Virus record (IMG/VR): IMGVR_UViG_3300003410_000004
Direction: 5' to 3' (one strand)
DNA from: an uncultured virus (IMG/VR IMGVR_UViG_3300003410_000004)
Lineage: Duplodnaviria > Heunggongvirae > Uroviricota > Caudoviricetes
Length of the DNA stretch: 64,000 bases
Shown: positions 1-10,733 of the stretch, piece by piece
How positions within the stretch are numbered: the first letter of the stretch is position 1
How the letters are laid out: each line of letters begins with the position of its first letter
The notes under the pieces: model-generated
The model's database searches: none
Told to the model about the DNA's origin: nothing
What the model saw: the letters and a program-made list of their open reading frames with translations, nothing else
Translations under genes and position numbers: made by a program

Positions 1-690
1 CTGATCGAAAATCTTTACACAGAAGCGGTGAAGATTTACGGTTTTGAAATGTACTACATTCCACGCACACTTGTCAACGTAGACACGGTATTTACTGAAG
101 ATGCTCTCAGTGAGTTTACTTCTGCTCGTCCAATCGAGATGTACCTGCAGTCAGTTGATGGTTACGAAGGTGAGGGGGATTTCCTTTCCAAGTTCGGTGT
201 TGAGATTAGAGACTCAGCACAATTTGTAGTTGTCAAGTCACGTTGGTCACAAGCAGTTGATGATAATGAATCATTGATTGTTGAGGGTAGACCAAACGAA
301 GGTGACTTGCTTTGGTTCCCATTATCCAGAACTTTATTTGAAATCAAGTTCGTTGAGCATGAGAACATCTTCTATCAAGCGAATCAGATTTTCACATACC
401 GTTTAGACGTAGAAAAGTTTGTATATTCGTCAGAAAGATTCGATACAGGTATCTCTGGTGTAGATGCACTTAACGATGAGTCACTAGATCAGTTTGAGTA
501 TGAAGTACGCCTAGAGGACGATTCTGGTGCGTTGCTGTTGGAGAATGGGTTCCGTTTCGTCAAAGAAGATTACTCGATTGAACAGATCGAACCACTCCAA
601 GGTCAGAATTATACCACATTCAATTGGGATGTGGAAGATATCATCGACTTCAGTGAAACAAACCCATTTGGTGATATTGGGAGATATTAA
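1..690 (+). CDS. gp14: Neck protein gp14 (5'-partial; frame open from base 1)
   Basis: YYIPRT, IEMYL..VDG, PNEGDLLWFP motifs; precedes gp15. Confidence 0.9.
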   Translation: MIENLYTEAVKIYGFEMYYIPRTLVNVDTVFTEDALSEFTSARPIEMYLQSVDGYEGEGDFLSKFGVEIRDSAQFVVVKSRWSQAVDDNESLIVEGRPNEGDLLWFPLSRTLFEIKFVEHENIFYQANQIFTYRLDVEKFVYSSERFDTGISGVDALNDESLDQFEYEVRLEDDSGALLLENGFRFVKEDYSIEQIEPLQGQNYTTFNWDVEDIIDFSETNPFGDIGRY

Positions 691-1454
691 TGCTAAACAA
701 AAAATACTTTTATCACCAAGCAATTCGTAGAGCAATCGTTGCATTCGGTATGGTGTTTAATGACATCCAAATTCAACGTAGAGATGCTAATGGTAATCCT
801 ATTCAATCTCTGAAGGTTCCTCTCGCATACGGTCCTAAGCANAAGTTTTTGTCTCGTTTGTATGAGAACCCAGATTTAGAAGATAGTAAAGTGCAGATCA
901 CTCTTCCTCGTATGGGGTTTGAGATGACTAACCTTCTATATGATGCTCAACGTAAAGCGAACACACTACAGACAAAACGTCTAGTTGGTTCTACTGGAGA
1001 CAATGCATCTTATCAGTATTCTGCAGTTCCATACACTATGGATTTGTCGTTGCATGTGTTCGCTAAGAACCAAGATGATGCATTGCAGGTAGTTGAACAG
1101 ATTATTCCATTCTTTACTCCTGCATTAAACCTCTCAGTTAAAGCAGTTCCAGATATGGAGATTGTTGATGACTTTCCAGTAATCCTTCAGGATGTTTCTT
1201 TTGAGGATGATTATGAGGGTGATTTTGCATCTAGACGTTCAATTATATACACATTGAACTTCCAAATCAAGTTAAACTTCTACGGTCCTATCGAAGAGCG
1301 TGGAGTGATTAAGAAGGTTGAAGTTAACAACTATTTAAGTACAGATACAACGTTTATAGATAATAGGTACGAAGTTGCAGTCGATCCATTAGATGCATCA
1401 CCAAATGATGCTTATGGATTCGATGAGACGTTTACTGATACTCCAGATTTATAA
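690..1454 (+). CDS. gp15: Tail terminator/sheath stabilizer gp15 (one N base at 842)
   Basis: IVAFG..FNDI, VPLAYGPK, LPRMGFE, QIIPFF motifs. Confidence 0.9.
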   Translation: MLNKKYFYHQAIRRAIVAFGMVFNDIQIQRRDANGNPIQSLKVPLAYGPKXKFLSRLYENPDLEDSKVQITLPRMGFEMTNLLYDAQRKANTLQTKRLVGSTGDNASYQYSAVPYTMDLSLHVFAKNQDDALQVVEQIIPFFTPALNLSVKAVPDMEIVDDFPVILQDVSFEDDYEGDFASRRSIIYTLNFQIKLNFYGPIEERGVIKKVEVNNYLSTDTTFIDNRYEVAVDPLDASPNDAYGFDETFTDTPDL

Positions 1455-1455
1455 C

Positions 1456-1902
1456 ATGTCTAAGAAAAAGGTGGATACAAGATTGAACAGCGTTTTTGAC
1501 GTTGCAGGTGAAGTGATTGATCAATTCAACGAAGTGAAGGGTTCATCTTACCCGTCACCTGCACCATTACAATCGAGTGGTAGACAGAAAGACACCCAAG
1601 ACGACTATGAGTTCGCGAGGGAGAATCTTCATTTACTTATCGAAAAGGGTAACACTGCTATCGAAGGTATCTTGGAACTTGCTAGAGAAGGGGAACATCC
1701 AAGATCATATGAAGTGGTAGGTCAATTAATTAAAGTTGTTTCCGATATCACATCTGAGTTGATGAAACTACAAAAGCAAATGAATGATATCACTCAAGAA
1801 TCCGTATCCAAATCAGCACCTAAGACTGTCAACCAAACAATGTTTATTGGTAGCACTGCTGATCTTCAGAAACTAGTAAAGGATATGAAGAAAAATGGAT
1901 GA
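1456..1902 (+). CDS. gp16: Terminase small subunit gp16
   Basis: DDYEFARENL, EHPRSYEV, FIGSTADLQK; ATG at 1456 preferred. Confidence 0.88.
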   Translation: MSKKKVDTRLNSVFDVAGEVIDQFNEVKGSSYPSPAPLQSSGRQKDTQDDYEFARENLHLLIEKGNTAIEGILELAREGEHPRSYEVVGQLIKVVSDITSELMKLQKQMNDITQESVSKSAPKTVNQTMFIGSTADLQKLVKDMKKNG

Positions 1903-2158
1903 TATAAATTTTGATTTTGGTTTTACTGCAGTCGATGAAGATGAACTGGAAACGGTTCAGGTTCTCGCACAGAAATCCCAAGAGACTTCCCAAACTGCAC
2001 AGCAGATGGAAGATAAGTTAAACAAACTATACAATGCAGTACTTCCACTGCTCTCAAATCTGAAGAAGAATCCAGAGAAAGATTACATCTACTGGCCTCA
2101 TCGTACAGAAAAAATTGAGCAGTTTGAAGAAGTGATTTTCAGGATAGTTAATGAGTGA
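1895..2158 (+). CDS. Hypothetical protein
   Basis: Overlap-coupled ORF between the terminase genes. Confidence 0.7.
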   Translation: MDDINFDFGFTAVDEDELETVQVLAQKSQETSQTAQQMEDKLNKLYNAVLPLLSNLKKNPEKDYIYWPHRTEKIEQFEEVIFRIVNE

Positions 2159-3788
2159 TGATGTCGTTCTTGGTAAGGGTGAGAATTATCTAGGTAACCC
2201 TAACCTAAAAAGATCAAACGTAGAACTTGGATTTACACAAGAGCAACTTGAAGAATATGTCAAGTGTGCTAATGATCCACTATACTTCATTGAAAGTTAT
2301 GTAAAGATTGTCAATCTGGATGATGGTTTCGTACCATTTAAGATGTACGACTTCCAGAAGAAGATGATTGAAACCTTTCATGATAACCGTTTCTCTATAT
2401 GTAAAGTACCTCGACAGTCTGGTAAGACCACATCGGTTGGTGCTTACATTCTATGGTACGTTCTCTTTAATGACAATCAGAACGTAGCAATCCTTGCAAA
2501 CAAAGGTGGTCTTGCTCGTGACATTTTGAGTAAGATTCAACTTGCGTTTGAAGCACTTCCTAAGTGGATGCAACAGGGTGTAAAGATTTGGAACAAGGGT
2601 AACATCGAACTAGAGAATGGTTCTAAGATTGTAGCATCGTCTACATCTGGTACAGCAGTTCGTGGTGGATCGTACAACCTTGTATTCCTCGATGAGTTTG
2701 CATTCGTACCTTTTAACGTAGCAGAAGACTTCTTCCGTTCTGTATATCCTACCATTACATCTGGTAAGAGTACAAAAGTATTCATCGTTTCTACTCCAAA
2801 CGGTATGAACCACTTCTACAAGATGTGGACAGAAGCGGAAGAGAAACGATCATCTTACGTTCCAATCGAAGTTAACTGGTACGATATCCCAGGCAGGGAT
2901 GAGAATTTTAAAGAAGAGACAATCAAAAACACCTCACAAGAACAGTGGGAACAGGAATTTGAATGTCAGTTCTTAGGTTCGTCTAATACACTGATCAACG
3001 TTAACACTCTACGAAATCTAGCACATAAACAACCAATCCACGCTAAAGATGGATTGCGCATGTATGTTCAACCTGAAGAAAATAGAGATTACTTCATGAC
3101 AGTGGATACCTCTCGTGGGGTAGGTATTGACTATTCTGCATTTACTGTCATTGATATCACAGAGGTTCCGTATCGAGTTGTTTGTACTTACAGGAACAAT
3201 GAGATATCACCACTATTATATCCAAACATCATTAACAAAGTTGGTAGAATTTACAACGAAGCATATGTGATGGTTGAGGTTAATGATATTGGTGCGCAAA
3301 TCGCTGATATCCTAAATAGTGAACTAGAGTATGAGAATCTATTATCATCTACTTGGAAAGGACGTTCAGGTCAGGTGATTGGGGGTGGTTTCTCAAAACA
3401 AGCACAACTTGGTATTCGTACTACCAAGCAGGTTAAGCGTCAAGGGTGTGCTACTCTAAAAGATTTAATTGAACAAAGAAAATTGATCGTTGAGGATTTT
3501 GAGATCATCAACGAATTATCCACATTTGTATCGAAGAACGCTTCTTATGAAGCAGAAGATGGGGGTCATGATGACCTTGCAATGTGTCTAGTAATGTTTT
3601 CTTGGGTAACAGGACAACCGTATTTCCAAGAGATTACAGACGTAAATATACGTCAAAGACTACATGCAGACAAGATGCAAATGATTGAGGATGAATTGAC
3701 ACCATTTGGATTTATCAGTACTGGTGGAGAGGTTGTAGAATCTTTTGTAGATGAAACAGGTGATCGTTGGTTTGGTGCTGATTGGTAA
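2151..3788 (+). CDS. gp17: Terminase large subunit gp17
   Basis: Walker A PRQSGKT, Walker B FLDEFAF, VSTPNG, HDDLAM nuclease motif. Confidence 0.97.
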   Translation: MSDDVVLGKGENYLGNPNLKRSNVELGFTQEQLEEYVKCANDPLYFIESYVKIVNLDDGFVPFKMYDFQKKMIETFHDNRFSICKVPRQSGKTTSVGAYILWYVLFNDNQNVAILANKGGLARDILSKIQLAFEALPKWMQQGVKIWNKGNIELENGSKIVASSTSGTAVRGGSYNLVFLDEFAFVPFNVAEDFFRSVYPTITSGKSTKVFIVSTPNGMNHFYKMWTEAEEKRSSYVPIEVNWYDIPGRDENFKEETIKNTSQEQWEQEFECQFLGSSNTLINVNTLRNLAHKQPIHAKDGLRMYVQPEENRDYFMTVDTSRGVGIDYSAFTVIDITEVPYRVVCTYRNNEISPLLYPNIINKVGRIYNEAYVMVEVNDIGAQIADILNSELEYENLLSSTWKGRSGQVIGGGFSKQAQLGIRTTKQVKRQGCATLKDLIEQRKLIVEDFEIINELSTFVSKNASYEAEDGGHDDLAMCLVMFSWVTGQPYFQEITDVNIRQRLHADKMQMIEDELTPFGFISTGGEVVESFVDETGDRWFGADW

Positions 3789-3800
3789 AGATGGCGATTT

Positions 3801-3808
3801 TATAAATA
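3801..3808 (+). promoter_or_regulatory. T4-type late promoter TATAAATA
   Basis: Exact gp55 consensus upstream of gp18. Confidence 0.85.
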
Positions 3809-3870
3809 TCATAAGAGCAATCTAAAATATTTGAATTTTACACTATAGTGTTAATCGAAGGAGCAAAACG

Positions 3871-5769
3871 ATGGCATTTCAACTATCACCTGGCGTGCAA
3901 GTACAAGAAGTCGATCTGACTAATGTTGTACCTGCCGTTGCAACAACTGCAGGTGCTACTGCAGGTTTGTTCAAATGGGGTCCTGTTGGAGAAGTTGTTA
4001 CGGTTTCAACCGAAGGTGAACTTGCGAGAGTTTTCGGTGAACCTGATGACGACACTTATCAGTACTTCTTTACTGCGGCGAACTTCCTCGCTTACGGTAA
4101 TAATCTTCAGGTAGTTCGTGTATCTGCATCTGCAGACATTAACGCGACTACAGGTACAGCAGGTGTTCTTGTAAAGAATACTTCACACTACGAAACTCTT
4201 GCGGCATCAACCTTCTCATCTGTTAGTGCAGAGTTTGTTGCTAAGTATGCTGGCGCACTTGGAAACTCTTTGACAGTTTCACTTTGTCAATCAGCAGATG
4301 CATTCTCAAAAGCGAATGTTGCAACTGTTGTAACCTCAAATGCTATCGGTGCAACTACTGTTGTTCTTGAAACTGGAGGTCCTGATATTGCTGTTGGTGA
4401 TATCGTTACCTTTGAAGGTCAAACAACTGAATACACAGTAACCGCAAAACCAGACGCAGGTTCAGTGACTATCTCTCCTGCTCTAGTAGCGGCAGTTGAT
4501 GGTACTACCACTCCAGTAAATGTCTCTGTTGAATGGGCATATGCTACTGAGTTTGACGCGGCGCCAGGCACTTCTGCTCACGCAACACGTTTCGGTGGTT
4601 CTAATGATGAAATGCACATTATCGTAATTGATCGCACTGGTGCAATCTCTGGTACACCTAACACAGTTCTTGAGAAGTTTGCTAACGTTTCTGTTGCTAA
4701 CAATGCTAAGAACTCTGACGGTACTACTAACTACTATGTCAACGTTGTTAATAACTCTTCAAACTACATTTGGTTTGGTGATCATTACGCACAGTTGGAT
4801 GGTGATGTTGACGCAACAGGTTCAGCGGCAACAGTAAATAACGCATGGTCACACACTTCACGTTTACCATTCTACGATGATTTTGCATTCGGTGTTGATG
4901 CTACAACTGCTAGTGACGCTGATCTGCAAAATGCATATGCATTGTTCGCAAACGATGAGTTGTTTGACATCTCTATCATTCCAGTCGGTCCTGCAGGATC
5001 AACAACTGCAAAGTGGGTTGTCGATAATGTCGCAGAAGTTCGTAAAGACTGTATGGTATTCTTGTCACCAGAACTTTCTGATGATGAAGCATCAAAGGTT
5101 ACAGCATTCCGTGATACAGCAAATATCAACTCTTCTTACGCAGTAATGGATTCTGGTTGGAAATACCAGTATGACCGTTACAATGACGTATACCGTTGGG
5201 TTCCATTGAATGGTGACGTTGCAGGTTGTGCGGTTCGCACTGACTTGGTTGCTGATGCATGGTTCTCACCTGCAGGTTACAACCGTGGACAGATCAAGAA
5301 CGCAGTTAAACTTCTGGTTAACCCAGACAAGACTGATCGTGACAATCTGTACAAGAAGCAGGTTAACCCAGTTGTATCATTCCCTGGGCAGGGAATCGTT
5401 TTATTCGGTGATAAGACAATGTTGACTTCTGCATCTGCATTTGATCGAATCAATGTACGCAGACTGTTCATCGTTCTTGAAAAAGCGATTGCAACTGCCG
5501 CTAAGTTCCAGTTGTTTGAATTCAACGATACATTCACACGCGCTAACTTCCGCAACTTGGTTGAACCATTCTTGCGTGACGTACAAGGTCGCCGTGGTAT
5601 CACTGATTTCAAAGTAGTCTGTGACGAAACTAATAACACCTCACAGGTTATTGACAGCAATGAGTTTGTTGCAGATATCTACATCAAACCTGCTCGTTCA
5701 ATCAACTTCATCACTCTGAAATTCGTTGCTACTCGCACTGGAATTTCGTTTGAAGAAACTGGTGTTTAA
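3871..5769 (+). CDS. gp18: Tail sheath protein gp18
   Basis: LSPGVQVQEVD, WFSPAG.NRG, FDRINVRRLF. Confidence 0.97.
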   Translation: MAFQLSPGVQVQEVDLTNVVPAVATTAGATAGLFKWGPVGEVVTVSTEGELARVFGEPDDDTYQYFFTAANFLAYGNNLQVVRVSASADINATTGTAGVLVKNTSHYETLAASTFSSVSAEFVAKYAGALGNSLTVSLCQSADAFSKANVATVVTSNAIGATTVVLETGGPDIAVGDIVTFEGQTTEYTVTAKPDAGSVTISPALVAAVDGTTTPVNVSVEWAYATEFDAAPGTSAHATRFGGSNDEMHIIVIDRTGAISGTPNTVLEKFANVSVANNAKNSDGTTNYYVNVVNNSSNYIWFGDHYAQLDGDVDATGSAATVNNAWSHTSRLPFYDDFAFGVDATTASDADLQNAYALFANDELFDISIIPVGPAGSTTAKWVVDNVAEVRKDCMVFLSPELSDDEASKVTAFRDTANINSSYAVMDSGWKYQYDRYNDVYRWVPLNGDVAGCAVRTDLVADAWFSPAGYNRGQIKNAVKLLVNPDKTDRDNLYKKQVNPVVSFPGQGIVLFGDKTMLTSASAFDRINVRRLFIVLEKAIATAAKFQLFEFNDTFTRANFRNLVEPFLRDVQGRRGITDFKVVCDETNNTSQVIDSNEFVADIYIKPARSINFITLKFVATRTGISFEETGV

Positions 5770-5806
5770 GAGATAAATAGATAAAAGGAATCAGGAGAAA
5801 AATACA

Positions 5807-6376
5807 ATGGCATCAATTTCGGATTTTAAATCGAGACTGATCGGTGGTGGTGTAAGAGCAAACCAATTTAGGGTTACTCTTTCATTCCCTACTTATGTCA
5901 GTGGTGCTGTTGCTGGCGTTGCAGGAAGAGATGCGGAGTTCTTATGTAAGGGCGCCGCACTCCCTGGCAGTGTTATCAACAATACACCAGTTAACTACCG
6001 TGGTCGGATAGTCAACTTTGCAGGGGAGCGTACATTTAACCCTTGGACAATCACAGTTTATGCTGATACTAACTTTGCTATTCGCGATGCGATGGAAATT
6101 TGGCAGAATGGTATCAACAATAATGAATCAAACCGTGGTCTTCCAAACCCATCTGCATACATGGTTGACTTGACAGTTGAGCAATTAGATCGTAACGAAT
6201 CAGTCATCAAAACTTATGTTTTGAAAGATGCTTTCCCAACCAATATTGGTGAGATGGCACTTGACTTTGGTACTAACGATGCGATTGCTGAATTCACCGT
6301 AGAGTTCACTTACCAATACTTTGAGTCACTTGGTGGTGCTTTAGGTGGAAACACAACTACAGACACTACTCTATAA
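5807..6376 (+). CDS. gp19: Tail tube protein gp19
   Basis: R.NQFRV, AGERTFNPWTIT, VEQLDR; follows sheath gene. Confidence 0.93.
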   Translation: MASISDFKSRLIGGGVRANQFRVTLSFPTYVSGAVAGVAGRDAEFLCKGAALPGSVINNTPVNYRGRIVNFAGERTFNPWTITVYADTNFAIRDAMEIWQNGINNNESNRGLPNPSAYMVDLTVEQLDRNESVIKTYVLKDAFPTNIGEMALDFGTNDAIAEFTVEFTYQYFESLGGALGGNTTTDTTL

Positions 6377-6422
6377 ACCGTACTAAATAGTACAAAGAAC
6401 AGTTTATAGACAGGAACATATA

Positions 6423-7931
6423 ATGGCAGTGAATATTTTAGGTTTCACCATTGGGAAAGAAGAGAAGGCGGATAAGAACGATTTTATCCTGCCTTCCCCT
6501 GATGATGGACAAATTACTACCGCAGGTTCTGGACACTTTGGTACATACGTTGATATCGCGAACACTGGTACTTCCGAATTGGAACATATCCAGAAATATC
6601 GCGAGGTATCTTTGTTTCCAGAATGTGATGCGGCAATTGATGATATTGTTAATGAAGCAATTGTTTCTGATGAGGATGCGAGATCAGTATCACTAGTTTT
6701 AGATGATACTGGTCTTTCCCCTAATATCAAGAAAAAGATTAGAGAAGAATATGACAACATTCTACGTCTTCTCGACTTCAATAAAAAAGGACACGATCTC
6801 TTCCGTAGATGGTATGTAGATGGGCGTCTTTATTTCCATAAAGTAGTCGATACTTCAAATCCAAAAGAAGGTATCAAAAAACTCCGTATGATTGATCCAC
6901 GAAGCATCAAGTATGTTCGTGAGGTAAATAAAGAACAGAATAAGTCTACTGGAGTTGACTATATTAAAGATATTCAAGAGTACTTCCTGTACTCAGAGAA
7001 TAACGTACTTTACAATCCAGTGACAAATAAGTCGTCAACAGATATGATCAAACTGACCAAAGATTCTGTTGCATATGTTCCATCTGGTATCACAGATTTG
7101 AACACAAACAAAGTCATTGGATACTTGCACAAAGCAATCAAACCTGTTAACCAACTCCGTATGATGGAAGATGCTGTTGTCATCTACCGCATTGCTCGCG
7201 CACCAGAGCGCAGAGTATTCTACGTTGACGTTGGTAACCTACCTAAGCAGAAAGCAGAACAATACCTCAAGGGTATTATGAACCAGTTCCGAAATAAACT
7301 CGTTTATAACGGTGACACTGGTGAGATTCAAGATGACAAGAAACACATGTCAATGCTTGAAGATTTCTGGATGCCTCGTAGAGAAGGTGGTCGTGGTACT
7401 GAGATCAGCACACTTGGTGGTGGTCAGAATCTAGGTGAGATCGAAGACATTGAGTACTTCAAGCGTAAGTTGTTCCTTGCACTGAACGTACCACAGTCTC
7501 GTATGCAACCAGAGTCTGGATTCCAACTTGGTCGTGCAACTGAGATCAACCGTGACGAAGTTAAATTCAATAAGTTTGTTGGTCGTTTGCGTAAGCGTTT
7601 CAACGAACTGTTCCAAGATTTGTTAAAGACTCAATTGATCCTCAAAGGTATTATCACTGAGGATGATTGGATTCAACTCAAAGAACAAATCAGATACGAC
7701 TATCTGCGAGACAATGCATTCGCAGAATTAAAGAACGCGGAGATCATCCGTGAGCGTCTGAGTCTGTTGCGCGATATGGATGAATATGTCGGTAAGTACT
7801 ATTCAGTCGAATGGGTTCGTAAGAACGTACTCAAGCAGACTGATGATGACATCGAATACATAGACAAACAGATCAATGATGAAAAAGACAAATATCCTGA
7901 TGAAGAAGAAGATGAAGAAGGTGGATTCTAA
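6423..7931 (+). CDS. gp20: Portal protein gp20
   Basis: IYRIARAPERRVFYVDVGNLP, EDFWMPRREGGRGTEI. Confidence 0.97.
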   Translation: MAVNILGFTIGKEEKADKNDFILPSPDDGQITTAGSGHFGTYVDIANTGTSELEHIQKYREVSLFPECDAAIDDIVNEAIVSDEDARSVSLVLDDTGLSPNIKKKIREEYDNILRLLDFNKKGHDLFRRWYVDGRLYFHKVVDTSNPKEGIKKLRMIDPRSIKYVREVNKEQNKSTGVDYIKDIQEYFLYSENNVLYNPVTNKSSTDMIKLTKDSVAYVPSGITDLNTNKVIGYLHKAIKPVNQLRMMEDAVVIYRIARAPERRVFYVDVGNLPKQKAEQYLKGIMNQFRNKLVYNGDTGEIQDDKKHMSMLEDFWMPRREGGRGTEISTLGGGQNLGEIEDIEYFKRKLFLALNVPQSRMQPESGFQLGRATEINRDEVKFNKFVGRLRKRFNELFQDLLKTQLILKGIITEDDWIQLKEQIRYDYLRDNAFAELKNAEIIRERLSLLRDMDEYVGKYYSVEWVRKNVLKQTDDDIEYIDKQINDEKDKYPDEEEDEEGGF

Positions 7932-8107
7932 TGAGTGAACTAGTAAGACGTTTGATTGATGATGTTGATGGTAACGACTTGGTTGCCGCAGAAAAAACAT
8001 TTACAGATGTGATGGCAGACAAAGTAAGTACTGCTCTCGCAGACAAAAAGATTGAAGTAGCAAAAAACTTTATTGCTACTCCACAAGCACCTGCAGAAGA
8101 GGAATAA
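7931..8107 (+). CDS. Small prohead core protein, gp67-like (58 aa, not in ORF track)
   Basis: ATG overlaps gp20 stop; MSELVRRLIDD...KVSTALADKKIEVAKNF; gp67 position. Confidence 0.7.
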   Translation: MSELVRRLIDDVDGNDLVAAEKTFTDVMADKVSTALADKKIEVAKNFIATPQAPAEEE

Positions 8108-8110
8108 GAG

Positions 8111-8536
8111 ATGTCAACTACATTTAGCGAAATGAGAAAATCACTCCGTGAAGGTGTAGTTGAATCTTCCAAAGGGGAACTCCTTGAAAATGCAGATGAA
8201 CTTGAGATGATGAAAGGTCAAGTTAAATCAATGCGTCATTTTCTAGATGGTATTGATGAGCATCTTTCTATGATCCAAGATTCTGAAGAATGGTTTCAGA
8301 ATAAGTTAACAAAAGCGCACACCCAATTGCAAACGATGTACAGTTATGCAAAAGGTAAAGATATCAATGAGCGTGAGTTAACTAGTGCGGAGAAAAAAGA
8401 AGTGGAAAAGGTTGCTAAAGAATTACCAGACGATGATTTTAAAAAGCGTTACGGTGACAAATGGTTGTCCGTAAAGATTGCAACTGCTACGAACATCGTC
8501 AAAAATAAGAAAAAAGATTCTGAAAAGAATAAATAA
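8111..8536 (+). CDS. Putative prohead core/internal protein
   Basis: Between portal and protease; charged, two short modules. Confidence 0.6.
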   Translation: MSTTFSEMRKSLREGVVESSKGELLENADELEMMKGQVKSMRHFLDGIDEHLSMIQDSEEWFQNKLTKAHTQLQTMYSYAKGKDINERELTSAEKKEVEKVAKELPDDDFKKRYGDKWLSVKIATATNIVKNKKKDSEKNK

Positions 8537-8544
8537 TATAAATA
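8537..8544 (+). promoter_or_regulatory. Late promoter TATAAATA
   Basis: Exact consensus upstream of ORF 8564. Confidence 0.8.
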
Positions 8545-8563
8545 GTCCACAGGTTATTAAATA

Positions 8564-8917
8564 ATGGCAACTAAGAGTTTATTGAGAGCGACAAACACTG
8601 AAGCAGTAATTCAGATTACTGGTGCGGGTGTACAGGAAGATGTGATCATTAGTCTTGCTACTGATATTCTAGCAACTGGTGATACAGTCACAACTCCTTC
8701 AGTGTCAATCTCAACGATTCAGCATTCTGTTTCGACAGGTGCATTAGTTGCTAGGGTTACAGCACCAAACATTACACCAATCGTTACGGTGACTGGTAGT
8801 GGTGTTTTGACTAACACTGGTCAGTTCAACTTTAGTGGTGAACCGACTAAAGATTTGTTAGTAAGAATTGAACAGGGTACGGTTACCCTCACATTACGAA
8901 AAGAGTCTGGGTACTAA
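8564..8917 (+). CDS. Hypothetical head-module protein
   Basis: Thr/Val-rich ORF after a late promoter, before gp21. Confidence 0.6.
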   Translation: MATKSLLRATNTEAVIQITGAGVQEDVIISLATDILATGDTVTTPSVSISTIQHSVSTGALVARVTAPNITPIVTVTGSGVLTNTGQFNFSGEPTKDLLVRIEQGTVTLTLRKESGY

Positions 8918-8918
8918 T

Positions 8919-9563
8919 ATGAAACTTATTAAAGAAGAAATTACTAACGTAGAATTTCTTACCGAAGAAAAGAATGGTAAGAAAGACTACTTTATTGAAG
9001 GCATCTTCATGCAGTCGGAACTAAAGAACCGTAATGGTCGTAAGTATCCGAAGGCAGTTATGGAGAAAGAAGTCAAGCGTTATAATGACGAAATTGTTAG
9101 TAAGAAAAGAGCGTTTGGTGAACTAGGACATCCCGATGGTCCTACGATCAATCTTGAGCGTGTATCACACCTTATCACATCACTAGAAATGGACGGTAAT
9201 AACGTCATGGGTCGTGCTAAGATATTAGATACTCCTTATGGTAAGATTGTGAAAAATTTGATGGACGAAGGCGCTACTCTTGGGGTTTCCTCGCGAGGGA
9301 TGGGTTCTATTGCATCCAAAGCAGGAGTTCAAGAGGTGCAAGGTGATTTTTATCTTGCAACTGCGGCAGATATCGTTGCTGATCCTTCAGCACCAGATGC
9401 TTTTGTATCTGGTATCATGGAAGGTAAGGAATGGGTCTGGGATAACGGCATCATCAAAGAAGTCGAGATCGAACAGTACAAACAAGAAATTGAGCGTACT
9501 AAAAGAAAAGCACTCGCAGAAGCGCAAGCGAGAGTGTTTACAGATTTCTTGAAAAAACTTTAA
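8919..9563 (+). CDS. gp21: Prohead protease gp21
   Basis: KNRNGR.YP, GELGHP, GVSSRGMGS, ADPSAPDAFV; ATG at 8919. Confidence 0.96.
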   Translation: MKLIKEEITNVEFLTEEKNGKKDYFIEGIFMQSELKNRNGRKYPKAVMEKEVKRYNDEIVSKKRAFGELGHPDGPTINLERVSHLITSLEMDGNNVMGRAKILDTPYGKIVKNLMDEGATLGVSSRGMGSIASKAGVQEVQGDFYLATAADIVADPSAPDAFVSGIMEGKEWVWDNGIIKEVEIEQYKQEIERTKRKALAEAQARVFTDFLKKL

Positions 9564-9564
9564 T

Positions 9565-9572
9565 TATAAATA
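9565..9572 (+). promoter_or_regulatory. Late promoter TATAAATA
   Basis: Exact consensus upstream of gp22. Confidence 0.85.
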
Positions 9573-9600
9573 ATTAACTAATAAGGTAAGGAGCATCCTA

Positions 9601-10686
9601 ATGTCTGTAGAACAGAAGATCAAGGAACTTCTAGAGTCAGTTGAAGCGAAGCAAGAAGAAGTTGTTGCTGAAGAAGTTGAAACTGCTGAAGAAGTAATTG
9701 CAGAAGACGTTTCTGAAGAAGAAGTTGTCGCTGAAGAAGTCGAAGAGATTGAAGAAGCGAAGAAAGACGTTAAAGAAGAAGAAGACGAAGACGAAGAGTC
9801 TGAAGATGATTCTGAAGAAGACGAAGAAGAAATGTCTGAAGCGAAGTCTGTCAAAGAAGAAGAAGATGAAGATGAAGACGAAGATGAGTCTGACGATTCT
9901 GACGATGACGATGACGATGACGAAGAAGAAATGGAAGAAGGTAAAGGCAAGAAGAAGATGGGATACAAGAAGGAAGATATCGATCTTTCTGCAGACGTAT
10001 CTGCATTAGTCGAAGGTGCTGAACTTTCTGAAGAATTCCAAGAGAAAGCGAAAACTATCTTTGAAGCGGCAGTATTGACTCGCATCGAAGAAGCAGTTGC
10101 TGATCTTGAAGAAAAGTTTGACGCTAAACTTGCAGAAGAAGTTGAAGTCGCTAAAACTGATCTCGTAGAAAAAGTTGACTCATACTTGGGTTACATCGTA
10201 GAGCAGTGGGTTGCAGACAACGAACTCGCAGTTGAGCGTGGATTGAAGACTGAAATCGCTGAAGATTTCATCACTTCACTCAAGCAAGTATTCGTGGAAC
10301 ATTATATTGACGTTCCTGAAGAAAAATACGATGTTCTTGGTGAACAAGCATCTAAGATTGATTCTCTTGAAGAGAAACTCAATGAGCAGATGGAAAAGAA
10401 CATCGAATTAGTAAAACAGTATGGAGATTTGGTGAAAGAGCAAACAGTTGCCCAGTTTGCTTCTGATCTTGCAGAGACTGATGCTGAGAAGTTCAAGTCA
10501 CTTGCAGAAAATATTCAGTTTGAAACACATGATAAGTTTATGGAAGACCTCCAGACTATCAAAGAATCTTACTTCAAGAAAGTATCTGATTCTGCAGTAG
10601 AGGAAGTCGTTTTGGAAGAAAGTGTCCAAACTGAAGCAGTGTCTAGCGTCATGTCACAATATGCGAAAGCATTGGCAAAACGTTAA
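9601..10686 (+). CDS. gp22: Prohead scaffold gp22
   Basis: Acidic N-terminus, LSEEF..KAKTIFEAAV, VDSYL.YIVEQW. Confidence 0.93.
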   Translation: MSVEQKIKELLESVEAKQEEVVAEEVETAEEVIAEDVSEEEVVAEEVEEIEEAKKDVKEEEDEDEESEDDSEEDEEEMSEAKSVKEEEDEDEDEDESDDSDDDDDDDEEEMEEGKGKKKMGYKKEDIDLSADVSALVEGAELSEEFQEKAKTIFEAAVLTRIEEAVADLEEKFDAKLAEEVEVAKTDLVEKVDSYLGYIVEQWVADNELAVERGLKTEIAEDFITSLKQVFVEHYIDVPEEKYDVLGEQASKIDSLEEKLNEQMEKNIELVKQYGDLVKEQTVAQFASDLAETDAEKFKSLAENIQFETHDKFMEDLQTIKESYFKKVSDSAVEEVVLEESVQTEAVSSVMSQYAKALAKR

Positions 10687-10689
10687 GAT

Positions 10690-10697
10690 TATAAATA
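10690..10697 (+). promoter_or_regulatory. Late promoter TATAAATA
   Basis: Exact consensus upstream of gp23. Confidence 0.88.
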
Positions 10698-10733
10698 TTA
10701 CAGTTAATTTAAACCACTAAGGAGACATAAACA

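Noticed and set aside
842..842. Ambiguous base in gp15
   Set aside because: Single N with frame intact; sequencing ambiguity.
9650..9940. GAA/GAC-rich tandem repeats
   Set aside because: Acidic low-complexity coding region of scaffold gp22, not a CRISPR or mobile repeat.
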